Origin: Candidatus Moraniibacteriota bacterium
Lineage (GTDB): Bacteria > Patescibacteriota > Minisyncoccia > CAIUEV01 > JAHKAQ01
DNA length: 56,555 nt
Direction: 5' to 3'
NCBI GenBank assembly: GCA_014729725.1
Contig: WJJL01000045.1
Location: 1-56,555, forward strand
The notes below the pieces were generated by a model. That model did no database searches. It was given only the letters and a program-made list of their open reading frames with translations, and had not been told where the DNA came from. A program made the position numbers and the translations under genes. Shown here piece after piece: positions 14,823-24,944 of this stretch; positions within the stretch are counted from its first letter, which is position 1, and each line of letters begins with the position of its first letter.

Positions 14823-17561
14823 ATGAATGTAAATGACAAAAAAAACTCAGAACTGATTAGCTGTCAGACCTGCCAAGGAGCAGGCTGGATTAATTCTGTT
14901 GGAAATCCCTGCCCTGACTGTAAAGGTAAAGGTTATTTTGAAACAGTTAGAGGAGTTAAGCTATATTGGGGTAAAGAAATCAGAGGAATTCCCCCGCTTC
15001 TTAGAAAATCGGTAAAAAAAACCAAATCGCTTTTTGAAATTTTAACCTGGGGAATAGGAATTTTATTTTTTACAATTGGAGGAATAAATCTTTTTGACAG
15101 TTTAAGAGCCCACAGTAAGCTAAAGCTGGATTTAAATTTATTTTTCGATGTGTTTTTTGCCGGTTTTTCCACTTCAATTTTTTGGCTGGCAATAACTATC
15201 TTTGGAATTCTCTATTTTTCCAAAAAAATTTTTAAAAAACCAAAACCCATCGATTTAAAAGATCCCAAATATAATTTCATTTTGTCAAAAGATTTCAGTA
15301 AAGAAAAAAAACCCTCTGAAATTGACATTTCCCAATCAGCGGATCGCCGATTAATAATAATCTTACAGGACGCTTTGGATTTGGCTTTTCAAAACAAACA
15401 ACAACCTAATCTTGTTCACCTGGTTTTTGCTTTATTGAAATCGCCTTCGGTTTATGAAATATTTAAAAAACTGGAAATTCCGATAAAAGAATTTATCCAG
15501 GATCTTGCCGGCCGGATGGAAAGCATTAATTTAAAAAAAGGCGAAGCGATTTTAAATCAAAATTATAAAATCTATTTACTATCTGCTTTCTGGCACACGG
15601 CAAAAGTTCAGGGAAGAACCATTAAACCGCAAAATCTTTTATTTGCAGCGATTTCAGACCCAAGGTTAAAGCCGGTTTTAAATAAATACTCTCTTCAAAA
15701 AGAAGATTTTGAAAATATCGCTCTTTGGAACAAATATAAAAATATCAAAGCTAAAAATTTTCTTAGCAAGAGCTCCTTTGACAAACCGCCCCATCTAATT
15801 ATGAACAAAAGCTGGAGTGCTATTCAAACCAAAACTTTGGACAGATTCAGTACAGATATCACTGATTACGCCAGAGTGGGAAGACTGTTACCTTTGGTAA
15901 ACAGAGAAGACGAAATGCGACTGTTGATTAGAATTTTACAGCGAAGCTCGAAAAATAATGTTCTTTTAATCGGAGAAGAAGGTAGCGGCCGCGATTCCAT
16001 GGTAAGGGGATTGGCCACCAGAATCGTTAAAAACAAAGTTCCTTCAATGCTTTTTGACAAAAGAGTCGTTAAGCTAAATCTGGGCAAGCTGGGAAGCGGA
16101 GACGGTAACGCTTTAAAAGCCAGGATTGAAGAAATTATGATAGAAGTGGTCAGAACCCAAAATGTCATAATTTATATCCCTAACATTCACGAACTGGCTA
16201 AAGTGCAAAGTTTCACTAATATGGATATTTTAAGCTTTTTAACCCCGCTTTTTTCCAAAAATGTAATTCAGGTGATCGGCGCTACGGAACCGAAAAACTA
16301 TCATAAACATATCGAGCCCAGAGGAGACTTTGCTCAAACTTTTGACAATATCAAAATAGAAGAATTATCCAAGGAAAAATCCCTCCAAGTTCTTTCCATT
16401 CAAATTCCTTTACTGGAAAAAAGCCACAATGTAAAAATTTCTTATAACGCAGCCGAGGAAGCTATTGATAATTCCAAACAGTTTATTCCTGACCGGCTTT
16501 TACCTCAAAAAGCTATTGATATAATTTCAGAAGCTATTGTCAGAGCCAAAAATGTTAAGGGATCCGATTTGGTTACCAAACAAGAAGTTTTGGAAGTGTT
16601 TTCCGAAAAAACCGGAATTCCGGTTACTAAAATCAATCGCAATGAAGCTGAAGAGCTGCTGCATTTAGAGGAAAAAATTTCCAAGAAAGTTGTGGGCCAG
16701 CCTCGAGCGGTCAAAAATACCGCTTCAGCAATTAGAAGAATGAGAGTAAGAATTGGGGAACAGGAAAGGCCAATTGCGGTTTTTATGTTTTTGGGCCCCA
16801 CTGGGGTGGGCAAAACGGAGCTTTCTAAAACTCTTGCGGAAATTTATTTCGGGGCCCGGGATAAAATGATTAGAATCGATATGAGCGAATTCGCCACTCC
16901 CTACGACCTGGAAAGGCTAATTGGAGACAGCTCCGGAAATCTTAACGGACTTTTGACCGAAAAAGTCAGAAAAAATCCTTTTTCCCTGGTTCTTTTGGAC
17001 GAGTTTGAAAAAGCTCATTCCACTGTTTGGGATTTGTTTTTACAAATTTTTGACGACGGTAGAATAACCGACGGCAAAGGAAGAGTTATTAATTTTACCA
17101 ATACAATAATTATCGCCACCTCCAATGTAGGGGCTAAAATGATTATCTCAACCTTAAACAAAGGAGGAGGCGTGGATGAAATTAAGCCTTACTTAAAAAA
17201 CGAGTTGCTTAAAATATTCAGACCCGAATTTTTAAATAGATTCGATGATATAATAATTTTCAATGCCTTGACTCTGGAAAACATCAAGGAAATCGCCAGA
17301 ATCGAAATCAATAAATTGAACAAAAGACTGGAGGAAGAACAAGGAATTACAGTTAAATTAACGGATCCGGCATTGAAGTATCTTGCCAAAATCGGCCACA
17401 GCCCTGAATTTGGAGCTAGATTTCTTAAAAGAACCATTAGGGAAAAAATCGAAGATGCTTTAGTGGTCGGAATTTTAAAAAAGCAATATCAAAGAGGAAG
17501 TCAAGTTATAATAGACAAAGCCCAGCTGGCTAAAAAAGAAAATGAATCGATTAATCAATAA
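14823..17561 (+). CDS. Clp/Hsp100-family AAA+ protein with N-terminal CxxCxGxG zinc finger, two TM helices and a degenerate first ATPase module
   Basis: N-terminus CQTCQGAG...CPDCKGKG. Two hydrophobic helices follow, then a Clp_N-like repeat. NBD1 reads GEEGSGRDS (no Walker A Lys-Thr) and IIYIPNIHEL (no Walker B DE). NBD2 is intact: GPTGVGKTE, LVLLDEFEKAH. Confidence 0.8.
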   Translation: MNVNDKKNSELISCQTCQGAGWINSVGNPCPDCKGKGYFETVRGVKLYWGKEIRGIPPLLRKSVKKTKSLFEILTWGIGILFFTIGGINLFDSLRAHSKLKLDLNLFFDVFFAGFSTSIFWLAITIFGILYFSKKIFKKPKPIDLKDPKYNFILSKDFSKEKKPSEIDISQSADRRLIIILQDALDLAFQNKQQPNLVHLVFALLKSPSVYEIFKKLEIPIKEFIQDLAGRMESINLKKGEAILNQNYKIYLLSAFWHTAKVQGRTIKPQNLLFAAISDPRLKPVLNKYSLQKEDFENIALWNKYKNIKAKNFLSKSSFDKPPHLIMNKSWSAIQTKTLDRFSTDITDYARVGRLLPLVNREDEMRLLIRILQRSSKNNVLLIGEEGSGRDSMVRGLATRIVKNKVPSMLFDKRVVKLNLGKLGSGDGNALKARIEEIMIEVVRTQNVIIYIPNIHELAKVQSFTNMDILSFLTPLFSKNVIQVIGATEPKNYHKHIEPRGDFAQTFDNIKIEELSKEKSLQVLSIQIPLLEKSHNVKISYNAAEEAIDNSKQFIPDRLLPQKAIDIISEAIVRAKNVKGSDLVTKQEVLEVFSEKTGIPVTKINRNEAEELLHLEEKISKKVVGQPRAVKNTASAIRRMRVRIGEQERPIAVFMFLGPTGVGKTELSKTLAEIYFGARDKMIRIDMSEFATPYDLERLIGDSSGNLNGLLTEKVRKNPFSLVLLDEFEKAHSTVWDLFLQIFDDGRITDGKGRVINFTNTIIIATSNVGAKMIISTLNKGGGVDEIKPYLKNELLKIFRPEFLNRFDDIIIFNALTLENIKEIARIEINKLNKRLEEEQGITVKLTDPALKYLAKIGHSPEFGARFLKRTIREKIEDALVVGILKKQYQRGSQVIIDKAQLAKKENESINQ

Positions 17562-17690
17562 AATATTTTAAAAATAAATTTATTATATTTTCCTTTCATT
17601 GCTCTTGCATTTTTTATCGAAAATAAGCTAAAATAAAAGAAGGTTAAAATTAATTAAAGTTAACCATAATTAATAACTAAATTTCATAAA

Positions 17691-18062
17691 ATGCCAAAAA
17701 AAGAAAAACCTGCTCAAAAAAATCAAGAAAAAGAAAATAAATCATCAACTGGTAATAAAGATATCGAGGAAAATAAAGCTGTTGCCGCCATCGGTTATTT
17801 GGGGCCTCTTTGCCTTGTTCCTTTATTGGCCAAAAAGGAAAGTGATTTTGCGCAATTTCATGGAAAGCAAGGCTTGGTTTTATGTATCGGGATTGTAGTT
17901 AGCTGGGTTGTGATAATTATTCCTTTTATTGGATGGTTGCTATTCCCTTTATTGGAAATAGCAATCTTGGTTTTTATGATTATGGGAATAATCAACGCCT
18001 TGGGCGGAAAAAAAGAAAAACTTCCTATGATTGGAGATTTTGCCGATAAAATCAATTTATAA
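17691..18062 (+). CDS. DUF4870-like membrane protein
   Basis: AAIGYLGPLCLVPLLAKKESDFAQFHGKQGLVL, followed by two TM helices. Confidence 0.6.
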   Translation: MPKKEKPAQKNQEKENKSSTGNKDIEENKAVAAIGYLGPLCLVPLLAKKESDFAQFHGKQGLVLCIGIVVSWVVIIIPFIGWLLFPLLEIAILVFMIMGIINALGGKKEKLPMIGDFADKINL

Positions 18063-18075
18063 TTTTATTCTCTCG

Positions 18076-19434
18076 ATGCAGACAAAAATTGTATGCACTA
18101 TTGGACCTGCTTCCAAAGAAAAAAAAACTCTAAAAAAAATGATAAAAGCGGGGATGACTGTAGGAAGAATTAATTTTTCTCATGGAACCCATGAAAGCAA
18201 CGGAAAAATTTTGAAAAATATCCGCCGGGCATCTCAAGACTTAAATAAAGATGTGGCTGTTATGACCGATTTACAGGGGCCAAGGATAAGAATCGCTAGT
18301 GTAAAAAAGGAACTGATCATAAAAAAAAATCAAAAAATATTTTTATATGAAAATAAAAAACCTGATATTGAATTTAAGGAAAAGGTAAAATTTTTGGGCA
18401 TAGACAGTAAGAATCTATTAAAATATTTAAAAAAGGGAGATTCTGTATATATAGATAACGGGATGATGGAATTAAATGTGGTGGATAAAAAAGCCCAAGG
18501 AATTGTTTGTGATGTAGTGGTGGGCGGTAAAATCTTACCCAGAAAAGGAATTAATATTCCTCAAATATCCCCCAAAATGGAAGCTTTTACCAAAAGCGAC
18601 AAAAAAAATCTTGAATATGCTCTTTCTCAAAATGTTGATCTAATCGCTATGTCTTTTGTTAAAACTCAAAAAGACATTCTAAATTTAAGAAAAACAATCA
18701 AAAAAATGTTGCCCGGCGTGAAGGAGGAACAGCAACCTGGTATAATTGCTAAAATCGAAACCAGCGCCGCGGTAAAAAATTTCGATCAAATTCTGCAAGC
18801 GGTTGATGGTGTTATGATTGCCAGAGGAGATTTAGCCATAGAAGAACCAATGGAAAAAATTCCAGCGCTTCAAAAAGAAATGATTAAAAAATGCCTGAAT
18901 TATTCCAAACCGGTAATAGTAGCCACCCAAATGCTCGAATCCATGATGGAAAATCCAAGACCCACCAGAGCCGAAATTACAGATGTAGCCAATGCGGTAA
19001 TCGATCATGCCGATGCGGTTATGCTTTCCGGAGAATCGGCAATGGGTAAATACCCTGTGGAAACTGTTAGTACAATGCAAAAAATTATCCAATATACTGA
19101 AGAAGGTCCCTTTGACGACTTAAAATTGGAAGAAACTCATTCCCAAAAAGAAGCCTCCGATTTATTTGTAGCCAAATCAGCGGTTATGCTGGCTGGAGAA
19201 ATCGAAGCAAAAAGTATCATAATAAAAAACTCTCCCAAAGAAATAGTTCAAAAAATTTCCAGTTTTAGACCTCAAACCAAAATTTATTATCTGACAAAAA
19301 ATAGCCACATCGCCAAAAAACTAGCTCTGGTTTGGGGGGTAAGCGCTATTGATGATATTGAAAAATTGAAAGGACCTTATGTGGTAATTGACAATATAGG
19401 CAAAGGCAACGGTCAAATAAAATACAAAATCTGA
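18076..19434 (+). CDS. pyk: Pyruvate kinase
   Basis: MQTKIVCTIGPAS, MIARGDLAIE, ATQMLESM. The start is placed at the internal Met of the ORF that opens at 18031. Confidence 0.9.
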   Translation: MQTKIVCTIGPASKEKKTLKKMIKAGMTVGRINFSHGTHESNGKILKNIRRASQDLNKDVAVMTDLQGPRIRIASVKKELIIKKNQKIFLYENKKPDIEFKEKVKFLGIDSKNLLKYLKKGDSVYIDNGMMELNVVDKKAQGIVCDVVVGGKILPRKGINIPQISPKMEAFTKSDKKNLEYALSQNVDLIAMSFVKTQKDILNLRKTIKKMLPGVKEEQQPGIIAKIETSAAVKNFDQILQAVDGVMIARGDLAIEEPMEKIPALQKEMIKKCLNYSKPVIVATQMLESMMENPRPTRAEITDVANAVIDHADAVMLSGESAMGKYPVETVSTMQKIIQYTEEGPFDDLKLEETHSQKEASDLFVAKSAVMLAGEIEAKSIIIKNSPKEIVQKISSFRPQTKIYYLTKNSHIAKKLALVWGVSAIDDIEKLKGPYVVIDNIGKGNGQIKYKI

Positions 19435-19949
19435 TCGGCGCTTATAAGGTCATCTTTATTAATCTTGACTTTCTTTTTAAAATTTAAAATTTCCAAAAAA
19501 ATATTTTTACCTCTAATTTTTCTTATCCTGGCAGGCAGGGAATATTTTAAATTAATTTTATTATTATTTTTAAAAGGGTTTAATTTAGTTAATACATAAT
19601 CTCCCACTTCCGGTTTGTCTTTAATGTTTTTTGTTTTTGAAATTTTCAAAGATTCATTATTTAGATAAAGATTAATCTGATCATTATAACCGGTAATAAT
19701 AAGTAAAGTATTTTTGGAGATATAATTTTTAACATCAATAACTATTTTTTTAATTTCAAATTTAGGATGAGTTAGAAATATTTTTAATAAATTTTTTTCT
19801 TTGAGCACAAAAACTCTGCTACCATCCTCAACGGTAAATTCCCCCAACTCCACTTTTGAATTCAATTTCCTCCAATAAGGATTATTTTTGGCTTTAAGCC
19901 AAAATCCCATATAAAAACTTCTATTTTCTCTTACTTTCAACTGCATCAA
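19413..19949 (-). CDS. Hypothetical protein
   Basis: 178-aa ORF with no recognisable motif. Its 3' end overlaps the pyk 3' end convergently by 22 nt. Confidence 0.4.
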   Translation of the reverse strand: MMQLKVRENRSFYMGFWLKAKNNPYWRKLNSKVELGEFTVEDGSRVFVLKEKNLLKIFLTHPKFEIKKIVIDVKNYISKNTLLIITGYNDQINLYLNNESLKISKTKNIKDKPEVGDYVLTKLNPFKNNNKINLKYSLPARIRKIRGKNIFLEILNFKKKVKINKDDLISADQILYFI

Positions 19950-20027
19950 GGTGTTTTTAAAATCATCATTTAAGCCATCTTTCTTAACCCAACCGGGTCT
20001 GAAGAATTTAGCGACTAAATTTTAAAG

Positions 20028-21449
20028 TTACATTTCTTGATGCCGTTCGTCAATATCCATAAATTTGACTGAGTTTTCGTCAAAAAATAAATCAACCTTT
20101 CCCACCGGGCCGTTTCTATGTTTGGCAATATGAATTTCAGCTATATTTTTCTTTTGACTTTCCGGATTTTCTCTATCTTCGCGATAAATAAACATTACAA
20201 CATCGGCATCCTGTTCAATCGATCCAGATTCTCTTAAATCGGAAAGTTTGGGAATTTGAGGTGAACGGTTTTCAACGGCTCTGGAAAGCTGACTTAAAGC
20301 TAAAACCGGAACATTCAGTTCTCTGGCCAGCTGTTTTAAGGAACGGGAAATTTCCGATATTTCCTGAACCCTGCTGTCCACATTTCCTCTACCCTCCATT
20401 AATTGAAGGTAATCCACAATAATCAATCCTAATTCCTGTTCAGCCTGAAGTCTTCGGGCCATCGCTCTTATCTGCATAATATTTGCTCCGCCTGAATCAT
20501 CAATAAAAATCGGAGCTTCTGACAAAAGACCCATCGCGTCTCCTAAACGCTGAAAATCGCTATATTCTCCAGTATCGGATAATTTTCCGGTTCTTAACTT
20601 CCATAAATCAATTCCCGCTTCCGAAGAAAGCATCCTGTCAATCAACTGATCTTTACTCATTTCCAAAGAAAACATAGCCACCGGCTTTTTTTCCTTAATC
20701 GCCGCATTTCTCATAATATCAAGCGAGAGAGTGGTTTTTCCCAAACTGGGTCTGGCGGCCAGTATAATTAAATCTGATTTTTGCATTCCAGCTAAAATTC
20801 CATCTATACTTTTAAATCCGGTGGAAATACCTCTAAGCGAATTTCTGTTTTTGTGCAATTCATCAATTCTGTTAAAAGCATCCTCTAAAATATTTTTAAT
20901 GGGAATAAAATCCTGTTTTAAAAATTTCTGACTCACGGAAAAAAGCATCTGTTCAGCCTCATCCAGTAAAGACTCCACATCCTCTACCTCTTCATAGCCC
21001 ATCTGGGCTATTCTGGTGGCTGAATCAATCAGTCTTCTAAGGGTGGCTTTTTTGGCGACAAATTTGGCGTAATAATCAATATTGGTCGCTACAGGAACTT
21101 CGTTAGCCAATTCGCTTAAATAGGTATTGCCCCCAATCTCTTTTAATTGTTTTTTTTCTTTTAAACGGCCGGCTACACTTATTAAATCGATAGGATCATT
21201 TTTTTCATACAGCTCCATCATAGTTTCAAAAATTATACCATTCCTTTTTTCGTAAAAATCAGGCCGACTTAAAATATCGGCTACTTTATTGGCTGCGTTC
21301 TCATCTATCAACATTGAACCTATTACGCTCCTTTCCGATTCTAGGCTCTGCGGGGGGAGTCTTAATTGATCCCCTTTTGTAAAACTATTTTTAACATTTT
21401 TATCTTTATTTTCCTTATTTTTTTCTTTGGTTTTGGCCATTTTTAGCAT
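20028..21449 (-). CDS. dnaB: Replicative DNA helicase
   Basis: PPQSLESERSVIGSML N-domain, Walker A ARPSLGKTTLSL, IVDYLQLM. Confidence 0.95.
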   Translation of the reverse strand: MLKMAKTKEKNKENKDKNVKNSFTKGDQLRLPPQSLESERSVIGSMLIDENAANKVADILSRPDFYEKRNGIIFETMMELYEKNDPIDLISVAGRLKEKKQLKEIGGNTYLSELANEVPVATNIDYYAKFVAKKATLRRLIDSATRIAQMGYEEVEDVESLLDEAEQMLFSVSQKFLKQDFIPIKNILEDAFNRIDELHKNRNSLRGISTGFKSIDGILAGMQKSDLIILAARPSLGKTTLSLDIMRNAAIKEKKPVAMFSLEMSKDQLIDRMLSSEAGIDLWKLRTGKLSDTGEYSDFQRLGDAMGLLSEAPIFIDDSGGANIMQIRAMARRLQAEQELGLIIVDYLQLMEGRGNVDSRVQEISEISRSLKQLARELNVPVLALSQLSRAVENRSPQIPKLSDLRESGSIEQDADVVMFIYREDRENPESQKKNIAEIHIAKHRNGPVGKVDLFFDENSVKFMDIDERHQEM

Positions 21450-21497
21450 TTAATCTTAAAAAAATCACGCTCTGGGAACCGCTAATAAAAATTTTAT

Positions 21498-22520
21498 TTA
21501 TCTGAATTTTCTTAAAGTCAGTTTTAAATTTTCCAAGGAAATTTTTCTTTCAAACACCACTTTTATCTGAGAAATTTCCAGCTTGTCAGATAATTTGAAA
21601 TAATAAGCATTTCCAATTTGATTTTTAAAAGCTTTATCCAAATTAAATTCACAAACCAGCTTATCGTTTAAAGAACATGTCCTTACTTTATCTGAATTTA
21701 AAGAATCATTATTATCTTTCTCTTGTTTTTGAGTCAAAACCGGTTTTACAAAACTAAAATATTTTAAATATTCCCGCTTATCAAGCTCGATTAATTCTCC
21801 TTTATCCACCAAATAATAATTTTCCCCGTCAAAGAAAATGGTGCCGTCGGGGTGAGCCGACTGCAAAGTTAAGGGGTTGGGAGACCTTGAGTGAATTCTG
21901 GCTTCTTCAGGATCAATTTGAACAACAGCGTCCCAGTCGTAACCAAGCTGATCAAATATCAAAGGTGAAGAGATCAGGTGCCTATTTGAATTGCCGATTA
22001 CAAAAACCGCATCTTTATATTCTATTAGAGTTCCATCCAGGAATCCCACCAAATCTCTACTTAAAGGAAGTTTTTTAAATTCCTCCTCGGACATTTCAGG
22101 AATTTTATCAATATCTTTAACATAGCTTTTTAAAATGCTTTGACTGGGGATTAACTTTTTTCGACTATCGGTAACAACATAGTAAACATCCAGATATTTT
22201 TTAACTTCAAAGTTTCTTTGATAATTTTTTTTACTTATTGGATAAAAATAGGCCGCATATCCTTTTCTTAAAGTCATTTTTTTATCTTGAATATTTTGAC
22301 TTTCCTCTGCCAGTTCCACTTCCACTTTTATATCTTCAAAATCGCTTCCCGGATGCAGAGAAAAAGAATTATCATTGCCAATAATTAAATTGGATTTATC
22401 CAGATTTTCTCGATTGTAATAAAATTTGGAGGAGGGAAAAATTTTTAAAAAAACCAAAACCATAGCGGCTAAACCCGGTAAAATAAAGATCAAAATCTGG
22501 ATAAGCTTTCTTTTTTTCAT
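21498..22520 (-). CDS. Hypothetical membrane-anchored protein
   Basis: 340 aa, single N-terminal TM, no recognisable domain. Confidence 0.45.
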   Translation of the reverse strand: MKKRKLIQILIFILPGLAAMVLVFLKIFPSSKFYYNRENLDKSNLIIGNDNSFSLHPGSDFEDIKVEVELAEESQNIQDKKMTLRKGYAAYFYPISKKNYQRNFEVKKYLDVYYVVTDSRKKLIPSQSILKSYVKDIDKIPEMSEEEFKKLPLSRDLVGFLDGTLIEYKDAVFVIGNSNRHLISSPLIFDQLGYDWDAVVQIDPEEARIHSRSPNPLTLQSAHPDGTIFFDGENYYLVDKGELIELDKREYLKYFSFVKPVLTQKQEKDNNDSLNSDKVRTCSLNDKLVCEFNLDKAFKNQIGNAYYFKLSDKLEISQIKVVFERKISLENLKLTLRKFR

Positions 22521-22558
22521 AAATTAAAATTTAGCAGTAGTTATTTTTTTTAAATTCC

Positions 22559-24613
22559 TTAAAATTCAAGATAATCTTCCTGATAAAAATCACTGTCAGT
22601 TTCCGGATAATCAACATACTCTCCAATTTTAGGCTCGCTAATATGACTTTCCAGCAAATCCTTGGAAATATCATCGATAAATCGGGAAGGGGTTCCTTTA
22701 ATCACCTGACCGAATATCTGTCGATTCCGGGTATGGACCAGCCATAACTTTTCCATAGCTCTTGTAATTCCAACATAGCATAATCTTCTTTCTTCTTCCA
22801 TTTCCCCGGGATTTCTAAGGGACCTGGAATGAGGCAGCATTCCTTCTTCAACTCCGGCAATAAAGACATTTTTAAACTCCAATCCTTTGGCGGCATGCAA
22901 AGTCATTAAAGTAACAACATTATTAGCCTGATTGGGGTTTTCCTGGCTAGTGGCCAAAACCACCTCGTCCAAAAAAGCCCTCAAAGCTCTTTCGCCTTCA
23001 ATATTATTATATTTTTTAGCAACAGACAAAAGTTCCATAACATTTTCAAATCTAATCTTTCCCTCTTCCCCTAAATTCAATAAAAAATTGTCATAACCAG
23101 ATTTTTCAATAGTTTTGGCAATTAAATCCTTTAAAGCTATCTTTTTGCTTTGCCTGGAAAGTTTTTTGATTAACCCGGAAAAATTTTCTAAAGTTAAAGC
23201 TTTTGAGGAATTAATAGAATACTGCTGCGGATTTTTCACAATTTTATCGATTGCTCTAATATAATCGATTTGATTGGTTTGGGCAAAGTCAATAATTTTC
23301 TTAACCGTAATTTTTCCAATATTTCTTTTAGGCAGATTAATTATTCTTTCCAAGGCCAATCTGTCAAAAAAATTAGAAATCAGTCTTAAATAAGCTATAA
23401 TATCTTTGATTTCAGCTCTCTGATAAAAGTTTATCCCCCCCACGATCCGATAAGGTAAACTTTTGTTTAAAAATTTTTCCTCTAAAACTCTGGATTGAGC
23501 GTTTATTCTATAAAGAACAGCAAAATCCTTAAAAGAATTCCCTGCTTTTTTGGTCATCTCCAAAATCTTTTCCACAATATAGTCAGCTTCATCCTCCTCG
23601 TCAGCGGCTTCATAATTAAAAATAGGTTCTCCGCTGGAATTATCGGTCCAAAGCTTTTTAGCTTTTTGATTAGGGTTTTGATCGATAACATTTTGCGCCG
23701 CATTTAAAATATTTTGGGTGCTTCTGTAATTTTGCTCCAATAAAATTATTTTGGCTTTGGAATAATCTTTTTCAAAGTCTAAAATATTCTTAATATTGGC
23801 GCCTCTCCAGGCATAAATACTTTGATAATCATCCCCTACGGCAAAAACATTATTATTCTTCCTGCCCAACAAATTTATTAATTCATATTGAGCGTCATTA
23901 GTATCTTGATATTCATCCACTAGAATATAAGGAAATCTGTCCTGATACTTTTTTAAGATTTCCTTGTTTTTTTTCCAAATTTTTAAAGTAAGCGCTATTA
24001 TGTCATCAAAATCCACCAAATTATTGTTTTTCAATTCCTTTTGATAAACCAAATAAATATCCGCGGCCTCTTGTTCAAAATAATTATCACAAAATTTTTG
24101 AGCTTGTTTGGGATCGATTAACTTGTTTTTAAAATTGGAAATTTTGGAACTGATAGCTTTAGGATTGAGTCTGTCCAGACTTTTTCCTTGATCTCTTATC
24201 AATCTTTTAATTATGATTAACTGATCTTTGTCATCGGCGATATTGAAATTCCTGTTATAACCCAAATAATCGATATCTTCCTTTAAAACACTTAAACAAA
24301 AAGAATGAAAAGTTCCTATAAAAGGAAAGTCATTGCCATAAGCTAAAGGCCAAAAATTATTCCTTCTTTTTGACCCGCTCCGGCCAATTAATTTAGCGAG
24401 CCTTTCCCTCATTTCAATAGCCGCTTTATTGGTAAAAGTCACCGCCAAAATGCTTTGAGCCGGGATTTTATGACCCTTTATCATATTGGCAATGCGGTAA
24501 GTGAGGGTCCTGGTTTTACCGCTTCCGGCTCCAGCTAAAACTAAAACCGGGCCTTTGATAATAGAAACCGCTTGTTTTTGATTTTTATTTAAGGAGTTTA
24601 TTAAATCTTTCAT
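22559..24613 (-). CDS. pcrA: ATP-dependent DNA helicase, UvrD/PcrA family
   Basis: AGAGSGKTRTLTYRI, LVDEYQDTN, TLHAAKGLEF, RLCYVGITRA. Confidence 0.9.
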   Translation of the reverse strand: MKDLINSLNKNQKQAVSIIKGPVLVLAGAGSGKTRTLTYRIANMIKGHKIPAQSILAVTFTNKAAIEMRERLAKLIGRSGSKRRNNFWPLAYGNDFPFIGTFHSFCLSVLKEDIDYLGYNRNFNIADDKDQLIIIKRLIRDQGKSLDRLNPKAISSKISNFKNKLIDPKQAQKFCDNYFEQEAADIYLVYQKELKNNNLVDFDDIIALTLKIWKKNKEILKKYQDRFPYILVDEYQDTNDAQYELINLLGRKNNNVFAVGDDYQSIYAWRGANIKNILDFEKDYSKAKIILLEQNYRSTQNILNAAQNVIDQNPNQKAKKLWTDNSSGEPIFNYEAADEEDEADYIVEKILEMTKKAGNSFKDFAVLYRINAQSRVLEEKFLNKSLPYRIVGGINFYQRAEIKDIIAYLRLISNFFDRLALERIINLPKRNIGKITVKKIIDFAQTNQIDYIRAIDKIVKNPQQYSINSSKALTLENFSGLIKKLSRQSKKIALKDLIAKTIEKSGYDNFLLNLGEEGKIRFENVMELLSVAKKYNNIEGERALRAFLDEVVLATSQENPNQANNVVTLMTLHAAKGLEFKNVFIAGVEEGMLPHSRSLRNPGEMEEERRLCYVGITRAMEKLWLVHTRNRQIFGQVIKGTPSRFIDDISKDLLESHISEPKIGEYVDYPETDSDFYQEDYLEF

Positions 24614-24944
24614 TGTAAATCTTTAATTAAATGAAATTATGCTTTATAGTTACAATTCTGGCAGCTTAGAACAGGTTTTAAATTTCATAATTTATGCTTG
24701 GAGTTTTAAAAAACGCAGCAAAAGCGAAAAAATCTTTTTTCTTGTTTTGCCGCCGGTTTTTAAAAATTTAACCCACAGGAAAATCAAAAAAATTGACAAA
24801 TTCAATAATAAACAATATTACTTAAATTAACGCTGGATAATTCGCTTAATCTAATCAAGCAGCAATCTTTCCCGGATCAGGCCCGCAGAACTTTCTGATT
24901 CAAAAAATAAACTAATTCAACAGGAGCTATTTTAAATACTAACT

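Noticed and set aside
24639-24830. 63-aa ORF in the pcrA-SPFH intergenic region
   Set aside because: Low-complexity AT-rich translation that overlaps the predicted promoter of the SPFH gene. No supporting signals.
24850-24895. SRP (4.5S) RNA-like fragment AAGCAGCAATCTTTCCCGGATCAGGCCCGCAGAAC
   Set aside because: The conserved GGAA tetraloop context (CAGGUCCGGAAGGAAGCAGC) and the symmetric loop partners are absent. More likely this is part of the 5' UTR of the SPFH gene downstream of a TTGACA-17-TATTAC promoter.
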